In this document: piece after piece, positions 28,588 to 42,570 of the stretch
Layout of the letters: each line of letters opens with the position of its first letter
Position numbering within the stretch: position 1 is the first letter of the stretch
Assembly (NCBI RefSeq): GCF_006345805.1
Contig: NC_042998.1
Location: 83,824,001 to 83,888,000, forward strand
Direction of reading: 5' to 3'
Origin: Octopus sinensis
Lineage: Eukaryota
DNA: 64,000 nt
The notes under the pieces: model-generated
The model's database searches: none
The model's input: only the letters and a program-made list of their open reading frames with translations
Told to the model about the DNA's origin: nothing
Program-made: the position numbers and the translations under genes

Positions 28588-28986
28588 AGATCTTTTCGGT
28601 TTGAACGGCAGTTTTTAACATAATTTCTAGGTAACTAAAATTTTTTAAACTTCGTATACTGGTAGAATGTGTTTATAAAACATCTTTTTCTCTTGGTTTT
28701 ATTGAGAAAATTCTATAGTTTGTAAGATATTTGTTGTTCTTTTTCTGCAATTTCTGCAATTTCAACCAATCAAATACGTCTATTGAGGTAAAAAGCATTC
28801 TGTGCCGTTTAAGAAACATATTGGGTTTATTTAAATTTGTGAAGAAAAAAAGATACCCTTCCCCCACCCCTAACCCTAACCCTAAAACAGATTGAAATGC
28901 AATAGATCGATACTAGGGTTATAATCATTGGTGACAATTTCATATGACACCGCTAGAAAAAACTGCCGTTCAAATCGAAAAGATCC
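28588..28986. mobile_element. MITE with ~29-bp TIRs and an internal (CCCTAA) motif
   Basis: TIRs gatcttttcggtttgaacggcagttttt / aaaaactgccgttcaaatcgaaaagatc. Apparent 5-bp TSD aaaca at 28583-28587 and 28987-28991. Confidence 0.82.
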
Positions 28987-29025
28987 AAACAACATTCGAT
29001 ATATTATAAAAACTTTACCTTCTCC

Positions 29026-29115
29026 ATCTCTGACGAACGGAAGTATTGTCGGTCAATGCGTATCAACAATGGATTCCATTATAATGACAGTGACTTCGTG
29101 AAACGATCGTAAGAT
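29026..29115 (+). ncRNA. Type-I hammerhead ribozyme motif, canonical core
   Basis: ATCT-CTGACGA-[stem II ACG(G)AAGT/ACTTCGT, extended by ATTGTC/GACAGT]-GAA-ACGATCGT-A|AGAT. Stem I is ATCT/AGAT, stem III is palindromic, and the cleavage triplet is GUA. Confidence 0.75.
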
Positions 29116-29360
29116 ACATTAATTAACAAATTTTTCAGCTGTCATGTTTCATATATTTTTATATATATATGTTAATACAATACTATTTTAGACATATATA
29201 TCTTCGTGAGGAATTTTTTGATATTGAATTTCATGCTATTATTTCAAAATGCAGTATATATAATCACTCGTATTAATGTCTAAATACTTTATAGTATTGA
29301 TATTTTTGACATTTTATACAAAGACCACTAATTATAAATTCGGTGTATAATATTCTAATA

Positions 29361-29410
<50 letters not shown>

Positions 29411-29412
<2 letters not shown>

Positions 29413-29521
29413 CTAATGACTTCATATTAGTCTCTAGTCACTCCTCTCCCTCTCAGTTTCTCTCTTACGCATGCGCACTAACAAATTACTTTACTGACAA
29501 ATTAGGGTAAAGTTGTTGATA

Positions 29522-29562
<41 letters not shown>

Positions 29563-29846
29563 CTTACTACCCACAAGGGGCTAAACACAGAGGGGACAAA
29601 CAAGGACAGATAATCGGATTAAGTCGATTATATCGACCCCAGTGCGTAACTGGTACTTAATTTATCGACCCCGAAAGGATGAAAGGCAAAGTCGACCTCA
29701 AATTCCGCCGAGGTCGACTTTGCCTTTCTTCCTTTCGGGGTCGATTAAATAAGTACCAGTTACGCACTGGAGTCGATATAATCGACTTAATCCGTTTTTC
29801 TGTCCTTGTTTGTCCTCTCTGTGTTTAGCCCTTGTGTGTAGTAAAG

Positions 29847-29893
<47 letters not shown>

Positions 29894-30013
29894 TATCAAC
29901 AACTTTACCCTGGTTAGTAATTTGTCAGTAAAGAAATTTGTTAGTGCGCATGCGTAAGAGAGAAACTGAGAGGTAGAGGGGGTGACTAGAGACTAATATG
30001 AAGTCATTAGCTC
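29411..30013. repeat. ~600-bp palindrome centred on a head-to-head SINE junction
   Basis: Unique flank, (TA)n and SINE 3' half are mirrored around about 29700. Confidence 0.9.
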
Positions 30014-30739
30014 TAATTTCAAGTGATATTTTAAAAATGTAGCGTTTTTTTTTTTCTTAAGTTTGAGCACTTATTGAACGTTCATTTGTTTTATTTTTTT
30101 CCAGCAACGAAAAAGAAAAAGACGAGAGAGGGAGAGAGAGATAACGAGAATAACTACTATGACAACGCCTATAACAGAAACAACATTAGCAGTAAAACGA
30201 CACAACAACAACAAACGACTAAAAAAGCAAAATGAAAAACATATGAAACACGAAGTTCTAATGACTCGGCTTGGGATATTGCAGTTTCTGTTGCAGCTTA
30301 ACGTTGCTAAGCATTTTTGACATCCACCATAGTTTTGACGTCATTAGTTGGAGTCTAATATCAGGGATAGAGCATGATCTGTACAGTCTTATTTACATTA
30401 TTGAAAGAGAAATAGAAGACACAGGCAGAAACGGAGAGAGACGGAAAGAGACGGAGAGAGACGTTGGACAGAGAAAACATAGTTGCTGTCAGGCAATGTT
30501 TAAATATATCGATGTTTTCGACTCCTTCTTCGTCATTATGAACTGTGAAGGACAGTGTTGTTGATAGTTCTTTAGCGTCTGTTAATAGTTACTGGGGCGA
30601 TAAATACTCTCCAAGGGGCCTTTCTCTTCAATACTCGGAAAATTATTTTCAACAGTTATGTATGTTTGGGCATATTTTACACATACATATTTTTCTTTGA
30701 ACTTGTGCGTACAAATACACTTGGATATAGCCAACATAT

Positions 30740-30830
<91 letters not shown>

Positions 30831-30931
30831 TAATCTGTTTTCTTGTAATAAAGGATTGTCTTTTATGTATATTATATACTGTTCACCAATTTGACATAAC
30901 CGTTATCTATTATGGCAATGTGGATTCTTTG

Positions 30932-30991
<60 letters not shown>

Positions 30992-31075
30992 ATATATATA
31001 CATACATATATATGCATATATATATATATATATACATACATATATATGCATATATATATATATATATACACAGAC

Positions 31076-31113
<38 letters not shown>

Positions 31114-31641
31114 CACACACACACACACACACACATAAAGTTCTCTTGCTTATTTAGAACATAATTGATGGATATTTTTCATTACGAAGTTATTCTTTTC
31201 AGTATGTAATATTACGGTCATTCGTTCCAAATAAGCTGTATGTTTTGATATGTTACAATCATTATCCACAACAAACACCATACTTAATCATTGTCAATAC
31301 ATCAAGTAAATCCTGCAGTTATAGATTAACCGGTGTCATTTACAAGTGAATGAGATGATGGGATTCAAAGTTTCGTTGGTCTTTGAATTAGTACGATTTT
31401 TTCTTTCCCATATGAAAATAATCTCTATTTATATTATATAGTATTTTCTAAAGTGTCTTAAATAAATCTGTGATAACCGAGATATAACACAGAAACTCAA
31501 AAAGATGTGGCAATTGAATGCTTTTCAGCACAATATGTTAAGTAAGATATTCAGATTGCTTTTCGGCACTAATACTGCTTCTGTGCTAATAGCGAATCTC
31601 TTGGATAAATCTTTACTAACTAAACGAATAAAACAGATTCA

Positions 31642-31822
31642 AAGGCAGCGAGCTGGCAGAATCGTTAGCACGCCGGGCGAAATGCTTAGCGGTATTTCAT
31701 CTGCTGTTACGTTCTGAGTTCAAATTCCGCCGAGGTCGACTTTGGGGTCGATTAATTAAGTACCAGTTGCGTACTGGGATCGACCTAATCGACTGGACCC
31801 CTCCCCCAAAATAGAAAAGAAT
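31642..31822 (+). mobile_element. SINE family 2 with internal deletion
   Basis: aaggcagcgagctggcagaatcgttagcacgccgggcgaaatgcttagcgg... Confidence 0.8.
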
Positions 31823-32062
31823 AAAACAGATTCAAAATGAATTAGCAATTGGATTCTATCTAAGTGTTTTATGTGTCGGGTCTCTGTCGGTCAAGGTTGA
31901 CAGTGCATGTGTGCAGTTATATACAGAAGTGGGTGAGTATTTTTTAGAAAGTCTAGGAATTGGCTATATAGCCGCAAACATATCTGTGTGGTTAAGAAGC
32001 TCACTTTGCAGTAACGTTGCAAAGGGAAACTGCTTGGATGCCTAACATGTGTGTGTACGTGT

Positions 32063-32118
<56 letters not shown>

Positions 32119-33814
32119 GTGTGTGTGGAGGCACATGGCTTAGTGGTTAGAACAGCGAACTCGCGGTCGGGGGATCGCGGGTTGAATGACCAAATCCAAG
32201 CTTCTCTGCTTGTTCCTTAGTAGTTACGATAGGATTTTATTCCACCAGGTTTTGCGGGACATCCTGGTCGAGCTCAACAGATTTTCCACGACGAGGCTCA
32301 TCTTCTTGGCTGTAGTTTCCTGCTTGGAAATTCTGGAACCACTATTGACACTGGGTTACGCTTATTGACCAATCCCCATGTACTGCATTAATATTCCTCG
32401 CGCTTTCCGCTGCGTTGTTGTCTTTATTGAGTTCATACAGCAAAATATGCCGAATATACTCCTTTTCCACTTCCATCATAGCTTTGAAGAAATAACTGTT
32501 AAGATCGAACTGCACTCTTCAAAACTTGCACTAAGAATAAGTACAAGGTAAAATTACTACCTGCTTGTATAGCAAGTTGATGCAGGTAGTTTATCCCGTC
32601 CCCCTCCTACTTTTAATTCATGCAACTGAAAGAAATGCTTTATTTATGGGATGAGTCAATATTAACCAATAAATAACAGAGAGATACTGCAACAATCAGA
32701 TTCCTTGTGATAAATCGTTATTTTTAATCGCAACATAGTATTAGTTGATAATTTGTTATTTTGTTATCGAAACAACAATAGCCACTTGTATTACACGTTC
32801 AACTGCTTCATCTATTCATGTCTGATTTTTATCAACCGTTATCAGAATGACATTAAGTGATACTTAAAAGCTATTTCAACTGTTTCTGATCTTCGCCACC
32901 TCTATTTTATATAATGTCTGACCTCGACGCTGTTGATTACAAGTAGTTTTCTGTGTTTCCCTGTTAAGACTATTGATAGAATGAATTCCATTACGCAGAT
33001 CATCAATCATGATATCTGTTGGTATAGATAGTGGTATGGATTGGCGGTTATCGATTTGTAGTTGAGTAAAGATATGAAATAATGTATAGTGCTTCTTTGG
33101 ATTTGTTAATTTTACACTCAATATATTCTGAGGTATTAACAGGATTAAAGTGAATGAATTCATATTTAACGCTTGTACTATTAAAAAGGTTAACAGTAGG
33201 ATCAAATACGCGGCAAAAGGAAAATCATATTAAACCGTGACTAAACTGATAATTCCATTTCTTTCCTTCTTCCGTATGGTGGACAACTCTGCATAAGTTT
33301 CATTTTCGTTGGAGTTTCATCAGCGGAAGTCTATCCTCGCCGGAATTTTACAAACATGGCAGACCGAATTAATCAGTAAATGTAGAAAACTGAATATCAT
33401 TTATTAGTGTAAAAAATGGGAATTTTTAATGATTTTAAAAATTCTAAAATGCCATGCATATGATAGATAACACATGAAAACCAAGTTTTTGCTGCATTGA
33501 TACCAGCACTTCTTAAATTCTTTAAGCATGCGCTAAATTCAAATCTGAAGTTAGCTTTTCTCTGTAAGTTCTAGATTTCATGCAATTCAACTTACTCTCT
33601 TTTCTCGAAATTTGGACACTTCTAAGATGGTGATATGGCCCATCTGAAAAATTTATAGATTTGATTCAAAATAACTACCTGATACATACACACGTACATA
33701 CATACATACATACATACATACATACATACATACATACATACATACATACATACATACATACGCACGTACATACATACATACATACATACATACATACATT
33801 TGTCTATATATATG

Positions 33815-33853
<39 letters not shown>

Positions 33854-33877
33854 TATATATTATATATATATATATAT

Positions 33878-35397
<1,520 letters not shown>

Positions 35398-35398
35398 T

Positions 35399-35433
<35 letters not shown>

Positions 35434-35434
35434 A

Positions 35435-35685
35435 AGAATCCACTATGTGGACGCTCTTACGCTAGAGATAGATCCGCAAGGGTCTCAACCACTAAGAATT
35501 GTTCTCAAGAAAAATTTAGCACACTAAGAACAATTGTATTGGGTTAATCTATATTTTTGTTATTTTTCATTTGTCCTGCTCGCTTACGTTCTTAGTGTGC
35601 TAAATTTTTCTTGAGAACAGTTCTTAGTGGTTGAGACCCTTGCGGATCTATCTCTAGCGTAAGAGCGTCCATATAGTGGATTCTC
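35435..35685. repeat. Inverted repeat, ~97-bp arms
   Basis: agaatccactatgtggacgctcttacgctagag..ctaagaac is mirrored at 35588-35685. Confidence 0.9.
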
Positions 35686-35803
35686 TCTCATATTTGTGTA
35701 TTAATAATATTTACTGAATCTCAGTCTTTTATGCGCTAGATCACCGGTGTTTAAATTGATGTTATTAAATTAATGTCCAATTTTTTCACCCTCATTTTGA
35801 CTT

Positions 35804-35914
<111 letters not shown>

Positions 35915-35930
35915 TGTGTGTGTGTATAAA

Positions 35931-37587
35931 TATTGCAGCGTGGAAGGTGTTTATAAGTCATTTAAAAACACACTTCAACATTTAAATTTAATTTGCCAAA
36001 ATATTTTCATCGCTTTGAGAGCGCGACCTGATCACTGACAAAATTCCGCGCCGCATGTGAGAAAGTAAGTTAGTTCATGATATATATGTTCGTATGTATG
36101 TAAGTATGAATGTATGTATGTATGTATGTATGTATGTATGTAGGTATGTAGGTAGGTAGGTAGGTAGGTAGGTAGGTAGGTAGGTAGGTAGGTATATATG
36201 TATGTGTGTGTACATGTGCGTATGCATATGTGTACATGTGTATGCATGTGTGCATACCTATGAGCATGTATGTATGTATGCATGTATGTATGTATGCATA
36301 TTTATGTACTGATATGTGTCTGTTCAAGTTGTATACATGACTGTTATTTTGTTGAAGGTTATATACACACACATACATATACATACATATACATATATTT
36401 ATATATACACACACACATATATATATGTGTGTGTGCGTGTGTATGTATGTGTGTATTTGTCCTTACCACCGTGTAACGGTGAATGAATACGTCTTAGAAA
36501 GATATATGCAAATATAACCTTACTTATACATATATACAAGCACACACAAACATATACACACTCACAAATATACGTATAGTCTTAAAGTATACACGCATAT
36601 ATTCTTAAAGTATACACACATATATCTATACATATATATATGTCACTATTTTCGCGGACAACAATTAAAATTCAAATTTACTTTTTTACCCTTCTTTTTG
36701 TTTAGTCTTTTTTATACACATATATACAATATATGCATATATCTACACGCATACCCATACGTTCATGCATGTACGTACTCATACACACACAAATACTCAC
36801 ACAACGCATATACACACACATACATCTACACATACGTACATACGTATTAATCTATGTACACTCATAAGACTATATATAACTACATATATGTATTTCAGTA
36901 TCATGCATCTCAACATGTATGTATGGATTTCTACATGTAAATGAGAGAAAGGGGTGGCTATAGAGGGGTACTCCCGAGTGGAGTACCTCATTCGGATTTA
37001 CGGTTGATAGTGGGTTTGCAGTGGGTTTGTATTCTTTGCATATATGTATCTAAGACGTTGTATCCATTCACCGTTAGACGATGGTGAGAAGGACAAGTGT
37101 GTGTGTGTGTGTGTGTATGTGTGTGTGTGTGTGTGTCTATATATATGTATATATATGTATATGTGTGTGTGTGTATACAACCTTCAGCAAAGTAAAAGTC
37201 ATGTATACAACTTGAACAGATACATATCAGTACATAAACATACGTTCACATGTACATACACATGTACACATACACACACAGACATGTCTACACACCTAAA
37301 TACTCACGTACATACATAAGCACATACGTACATACATATTTACATACATACATGCGTATAGGCATGCACACATGCATACGCACATAGATGTACACACACA
37401 TACATACATATACGTACATATATATCATGAACTAATTGTTACTTTCTCAGGTGCAGTACGGAAATTTGTCAGGTCGCGGTCTCAAAGCGACGAACATATT
37501 TTGGCAAATTAAATTTAAATGTTGAAGTGAATCTAACGGTTTTTGTGTGTTTTTAAATGGCTTATAAACACCTTCCACGCTGTAATT
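35931..37587. repeat. ~1.65-kb diverged fold-back with a G3-C8 hammerhead variant in the left arm
   Basis: 35931-36370 mirrors 37165-37587, and 36457-36517 mirrors 37036-37096. Confidence 0.8.
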
Positions 37588-39084
37588 GTTTTCGTTCCAC
37601 CATACGATCTCAGATGAGGTCACTTGCTATGCAAGTACATCTCCATAATATATATATATATTGGCGATTTTTTCCTTCTGTCTTCCCTTCTCTGGATCTT
37701 TCCTTCTCCTATGTTTCCGACGAAGAGCTCCGCTCGAAACGTTAAACCCTCCTTCTTTCCTGAGCGTCCAATAATACTATATTTGTTCCACGTCCTCGAG
37801 TTGTTGTGTTTTTTTGTGCTTTCTTGTTTGGATTAACTTTATATATGAAGGCGCATGGCTTAGTGGTTACGGTGTTGCACTCAAGATTGCGAGATTGAAG
37901 TTTTGATTCCCAGACCGGGCGTCGTGTTCCTGAGCAAAGCACTTCATTTAACGTTGCTCTATGATCGTTTCGACCCCTGGTACATGGTGCACCTGTACAG
38001 GTATTGTCGATTTGATGGAGGGAGTGAGCTTACGCGAACATAAGCATTTGATCACTATAAACAAATCATCTGTGTGATCGAACAAGGTGTGCGATTATGT
38101 GTGTGTGTGTGTGTTGTGTGTGTGTGTCTATATATATGTATATATATGTATATGTGTGTGTGTGTATACAACCTTCAGCAAAGTAAAAGTCATGTATACA
38201 ACTTGAACAGATACATATCAGTACATAAACATACGTTCACATGTACATACACATGTACACATACACACACAGACATGTCTACACACCTAAATACTCACGT
38301 ACATACATAAGCACATACGTACATACATATTTACATACATACATGCGTATAGGCATGCACACATGCATACGCACATAGATGTACACACACATACATACAT
38401 ATACGTACATATATATCATGAACTAATTGTTACTTTCTCAGGTGCAGTACGGAAATTTGTCAGGTCGCGGTCTCAAAGCGACGAACATATTTTGGCAAAT
38501 TAAATTTAAATGTTGAAGTGAATCTAACGGTTTTTGTGTGTTTTTAAATGGCTTATAAACACCTTCCACGCTGTAATTGTTTTCGTTCCACCATACGATC
38601 TCAGATGAGGTCACTTGCTATGCAAGTACATCTCCATAATATATATATATTGGCGATTTTTTCCTTCTGTCTTCCCTTCTCTGGATCTTTCCTTCTCCTA
38701 TGTTTCCGACGAAGAGCTCCGCTCGAAACGTTAAACCCTCCTTCTTTCCTGAGCGTCCAATAATACTATATTTGTTCCACGTCCTCGAGTTGTTGTGTTT
38801 TTTTGTGCTTTCTTGTTTGGATTAACTTTATATATGAAGGCGCATGGCTTAGTGGTTACGGTGTTGCACTCAAGATTGCGAGATTGAAGTTTTGATTCCC
38901 AGACCGGGCGTCGTGTTCCTGAGCAAAGCACTTCATTTAACGTTGCTCTATGATCGTTTCGACCCCTGGTACATGGTGCACCTGTACAGGTATTGTCGAT
39001 TTGATGGAGGGAGTGAGCTTACGCGAACATAAGCATTTGATCACTATAAACAAATCATCTGTGTGATCGAACAAGGTGTGCGAT

Positions 39085-39100
<16 letters not shown>
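37125..39100. repeat. Direct tandem duplication, ~990-bp period
   Basis: ORF pairs 37557/38548 and 37742/38731. The units are bounded by (TG)n and differ mainly in microsatellite length. Confidence 0.93.
37847..38090 (+). mobile_element. tRNA-headed SINE (family 3); duplicate at ~38836-39080, related heads at ~12437 and ~32127
   Basis: A-box-like ggcgcatggcttagtggtta, degenerate B-box ttgattccc, then gtgttcctgagcaaagcactt. Confidence 0.6.
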
Positions 39101-39145
<45 letters not shown>

Positions 39146-39167
39146 AAGTATATTGATTAACAGATAA

Positions 39168-40242
39168 CACTGGTCAACAAATTTTTGTTGCATTCATATC
39201 AACACTCGGCATTAACTCAGATCTCAATTTGGTTATTTCTTAAATGTTCTAATTTTTTTTTCTCTTTTCTTTTTTTTTTTTTTGCAGTCAAGGTACTTCA
39301 AAATATCAAAATTTCGTCCTCATCACATTGACGTCATAGTCTATCGGGAGAAATACGTAAGTAAACTTTCTATAAATTAGCTGGATAATAAAAAAGAAAA
39401 GGCAAGTAAGTATACATTTACTCAAGATAACAATTTGAAACACTTTCCCTAATAAGCAAAGGTTATAGTTTATATAAACCTAATTTATAAATATGACATT
39501 AGTTACTATGAGGAGGCAATGCTCAATTGCAGTCTATTCATGCAAGTATTTGGGCTTGAAGCTCTTGCGTTTGTGGATTCTCTCAGGGTAATTTCGCTTA
39601 ATGCTACAGCAATAGTCTGCCGTCATATGTTTGACCCATTTTCCTTAGTAACGTTCTTTCATGGTCTTGAGGTCCTGATGATTCGTCATTTACTACTCCT
39701 AGGTTCTCAGGGAATCTATCAAGGTGACTGGACATGAAATAGAGTTTGACACCCATGTTACATCCAAGATTACGTAAAGCTGGCAACATATTAGCTGCGA
39801 GAGTTTCATAGCTGTCAGCTTTTTTATTACCGAGTTTTCTATAACCGCCACAAATGAAAACCATGCTGTCCTCTTCTTGTCATTCATCTTTCTGGTAAAT
39901 TCTTGGACACATACAAGTGTACAAATCTGCGGCCCATCAAACACACTTGTCTTGATCTTCTCGAACGACAAAGCAGAGAGAGCAGAGACTGTGTGTTGGA
40001 AGCATTCACCATCAATATTCAATGTCTTGACAAACCGTTTCATCAAGCCCAGCTTGGTGTGGAGCGGAGGTAATTATTTAATTTGACCGTAAATGTCTAG
40101 AACACAAAACTTAAATTTGCTTGGAAACTAAAGCATGTAGATCATAACCGTTTTCAGATTTGAATTTAACAGATTAAAGACGGTAAGAATTGGTAAAAAA
40201 ATCTTATGCAACTGAGATTTCGAAACACATTGTTGTCTTTTG
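39168..40242 (-). mobile_element. Chapaev3-like (CMC) DNA transposon remnant
   Basis: Minus-strand 40078-39560 gives LPPLHTKLGLMKRFVK..FDGPQI..LGCNMGVKLYFMSSHLDRFPENLG, recalled as Chapaev3-type transposase motifs. Left end taa|CACTGGTCAACAA; degenerate right end followed by taa. Confidence 0.7.
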
Positions 40243-40285
40243 TAATTAGGCGCAGGAGTGGCTGTGTGATAAGTTGCTCGCTTAC

Positions 40286-42201
40286 TGCTACCAAGTTGTC
40301 GCGTTGTGTTTCATCGCGGTAGAAGTCACGTCGTACGTGAAAAATTGAACATTTGAAGCACGACCACAGGTAAAGCATTTGGTTTTGGGGAGCTTAGTGG
40401 GGTCTGCTGTTTGTATTTAAGTATTTTTTTGAACAGGGGTCTCCACTGGGTTCCAGGCATTTGTTTGCCTGTGGTCGTGTAAGAAAACTCATAGCGTATT
40501 GAGAATTATGTTTATTTTGGGAGGCGTGTCCGTCCGAAAATTTTTTTGAATTTTCTATGGCTGTGCTTGTGCCCTTTCAAGTGGATTTTTACTATAAAGG
40601 ATAGGAGTACAGCCAGAGTTGGTCAGAATACTATTTGAGCTGCGAAGGACTACCAGTTTGGATTACCAGAGTAGCAGAATTGTGTTGTGTTGTGTTGCCA
40701 TTTTGGATTATCTTCCTTTACTCTTTCTTCTCCTGTCTGTCTTTCTGATCTTTTTGAGTTTCTTTATAGACTTTCATTTTAACATTCTGATTTTTGCTTG
40801 TGGATTTTTATTTTTGTTATGGCTATCAACATGGCAACTGTGAAACCCGCTTTGGAGTGGCAAATTGTGGCCCCCAAAGAATGGTTGAAAAATTGTACGG
40901 AGAGAACGGTGGTGTTAAGGAACTATTCCAGGGTCCTTGACACCATCAAGGTCTTCTCTGAAGAAGTAATTGAGGAGGAGTTGGCAGACTATCTGCCAAC
41001 TGTTAGGTTTATCCGCAGTGGTGCGAAGTATGGAACTGTGTGTGTACTTTTTGACACCCCTGCGGAAACTCGTGATTTTGCGAGCGTGCCTTTCGAGAGG
41101 GAGAAAATTTTGTTTCTCCCTACTTATGGCGGTAGAAAGTTGACAAGAGCTTGGGTGTGTGGGCTGCCACTCGGTATAGAAGTCGAGTGGATAGACGACA
41201 CTATCCGTCGGGGCCTGGGTGGCGGCCCTGCCAGGCTCTTAAATGTAAAAAATGTTGCCTGCGGTTGATTGGGTCGGGTCAAAAGCAATTTTGACCCTAT
41301 GGACCCAATCAGCCGATGATCTGGTTTTACCAGATTTTTTAACAATGGCCGGTTCCAGGTACCCAGTGATGGTTGAGGGATGTCACCCCAAGTGTCACCT
41401 GTGCCTGGAATCGGGCCATATAAAGAAGAACTGTCGCCGGGACCAGGCAAGGGTCCTGGAACAGTTAATTGAAAAGGTTTCCCCTGCCCCCCCAGTCGAG
41501 GAAAAAGTCGAGGAGGAAGTAACCTCCTCGAAAACAAAGGGGAAGAAAAGAAAGAAGGTGGACAACAATGGTTGGCCACCGATGGATCCTGAGTCAGCGG
41601 AGGGAGGGTCCTCCGGAGATGTCGGAGGAACTCCACCTTCACTACGTAGAAGGAAAAAAAAGAAGAGAAAAAAGAAAACCGGGGCATATATGTTCTTCTA
41701 TCTCAGAGGAGTGGCTATTAACAGTTTTGTGGAAAATGATATGGATAGTCGGATCCTGAGGGACCCGACTTGTATTGACAGCTCAGAGTAGCCTTCACAG
41801 GTGGCTGCTCTGGTGCTGGAAAGAAAGTACTGTGATCTTATAATTGACTCGTGTGAAAACAAGAATTATAGAATTTTTTTTGGAGCCCCGGATTGCGGTT
41901 GCAGGAATGCCTGCAAGTCGCAAGAGAATTGCTTGGGGAGGGATTGTAGAGGTGTATCGCCTCCAATTTGTGTATAAATTATGTTTTGTATTTGTGTGGA
42001 CTTTTGAGTCCAAATATATTGTATTTTAAATTGTAAGAGGGTCAATACCCAAGGTTTTAGAGACGCAGAGGGTCGGCGGGCGCTTTTTGTTTTCTCCTAT
42101 CCTTATCATCTTGTATTATTATCATTCGCCTCAGCAATGTCTTGTCCAGCCCACAAAGCTACCCATCTCTGTACTGCCTTTATGGCAAATGAAATGAATA
42201 A
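40286..42201 (+). mobile_element. ORF1-only (gag-like, CCHC) non-LTR retroelement, copy 2, inserted in a SINE head
   Basis: 15-bp TSD with 2 mismatches: aagttgctcgcttac at 40271-40285 and aagtagcttgcttac at 42202-42216. ORFs 40798-41268 and 41252-41791 join across one frameshift and include CHLCLESGHIKKNC (CX2CX4HX4C). The 3' end is gcctttatggc..aataaa. Confidence 0.87.
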
Positions 42202-42570
42202 AAGTAGCTTGCTTACCAACCACATGGTTCCAGCTTCAGTCCCACTGCGTGGCACCTTGGGCAAATGTCTTCTACTATAGTCTCTGGCAGACCAAAGCCT
42301 TGTAAGTGAATTTGGTAGACAGAAACTGAAAGAACCCAGTTGTATATGTGTGTATGTGTGTGTGAGAGAGTATTTATGTGTATGTGTTTGTCCCCACCAC
42401 CACCATAGCTCGACAATCGATGTTGGTGTGTTTACGTCCCCGTAACTTAGCTGTTCGACAAAAGAGACCAATAGAATAAGTACTAGGCTTTCAAAGAATA
42501 AGTCCTGTGGTCGATTTGTTCGACTAAAGGTGATGCTCCAGCATGGCCGTAGTCAAATGACTGAAAAAAA
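42202..42570 (+). mobile_element. SINE family 1 body; its head is at 40249-40285
   Basis: Head ggcgcaggagtggctgtgtgat at 40249. The body resumes with aagtagcttgcttaccaaccacatggttcc and runs to ...gtcaaatgactgaaa. Confidence 0.87.

Larger units (their letters stand above)
27738..29260. repeat. Fold-back element hosting the Helitron, the MITE and the hammerhead
   Basis: 27738-27821 plus 28363-28395 is the reverse complement of about 29139-29260. Confidence 0.8.

Noticed and set aside
28860-28885. (CCCTAA) repeats as an interstitial telomere
   Set aside because: Only about three units, and internal to a MITE.
33285-33325. CTGATGA...GAAA on the minus strand as another hammerhead
   Set aside because: Stems I-III cannot be formed convincingly.
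40365-40380. Splice-donor-like AG|GTAA in the 5' UTR of both element copies (also ~2731-2740)
   Set aside because: An efficiently spliced intron would be lost during retrotransposition, and no matching acceptor could be fixed. Noted only as a conserved motif.
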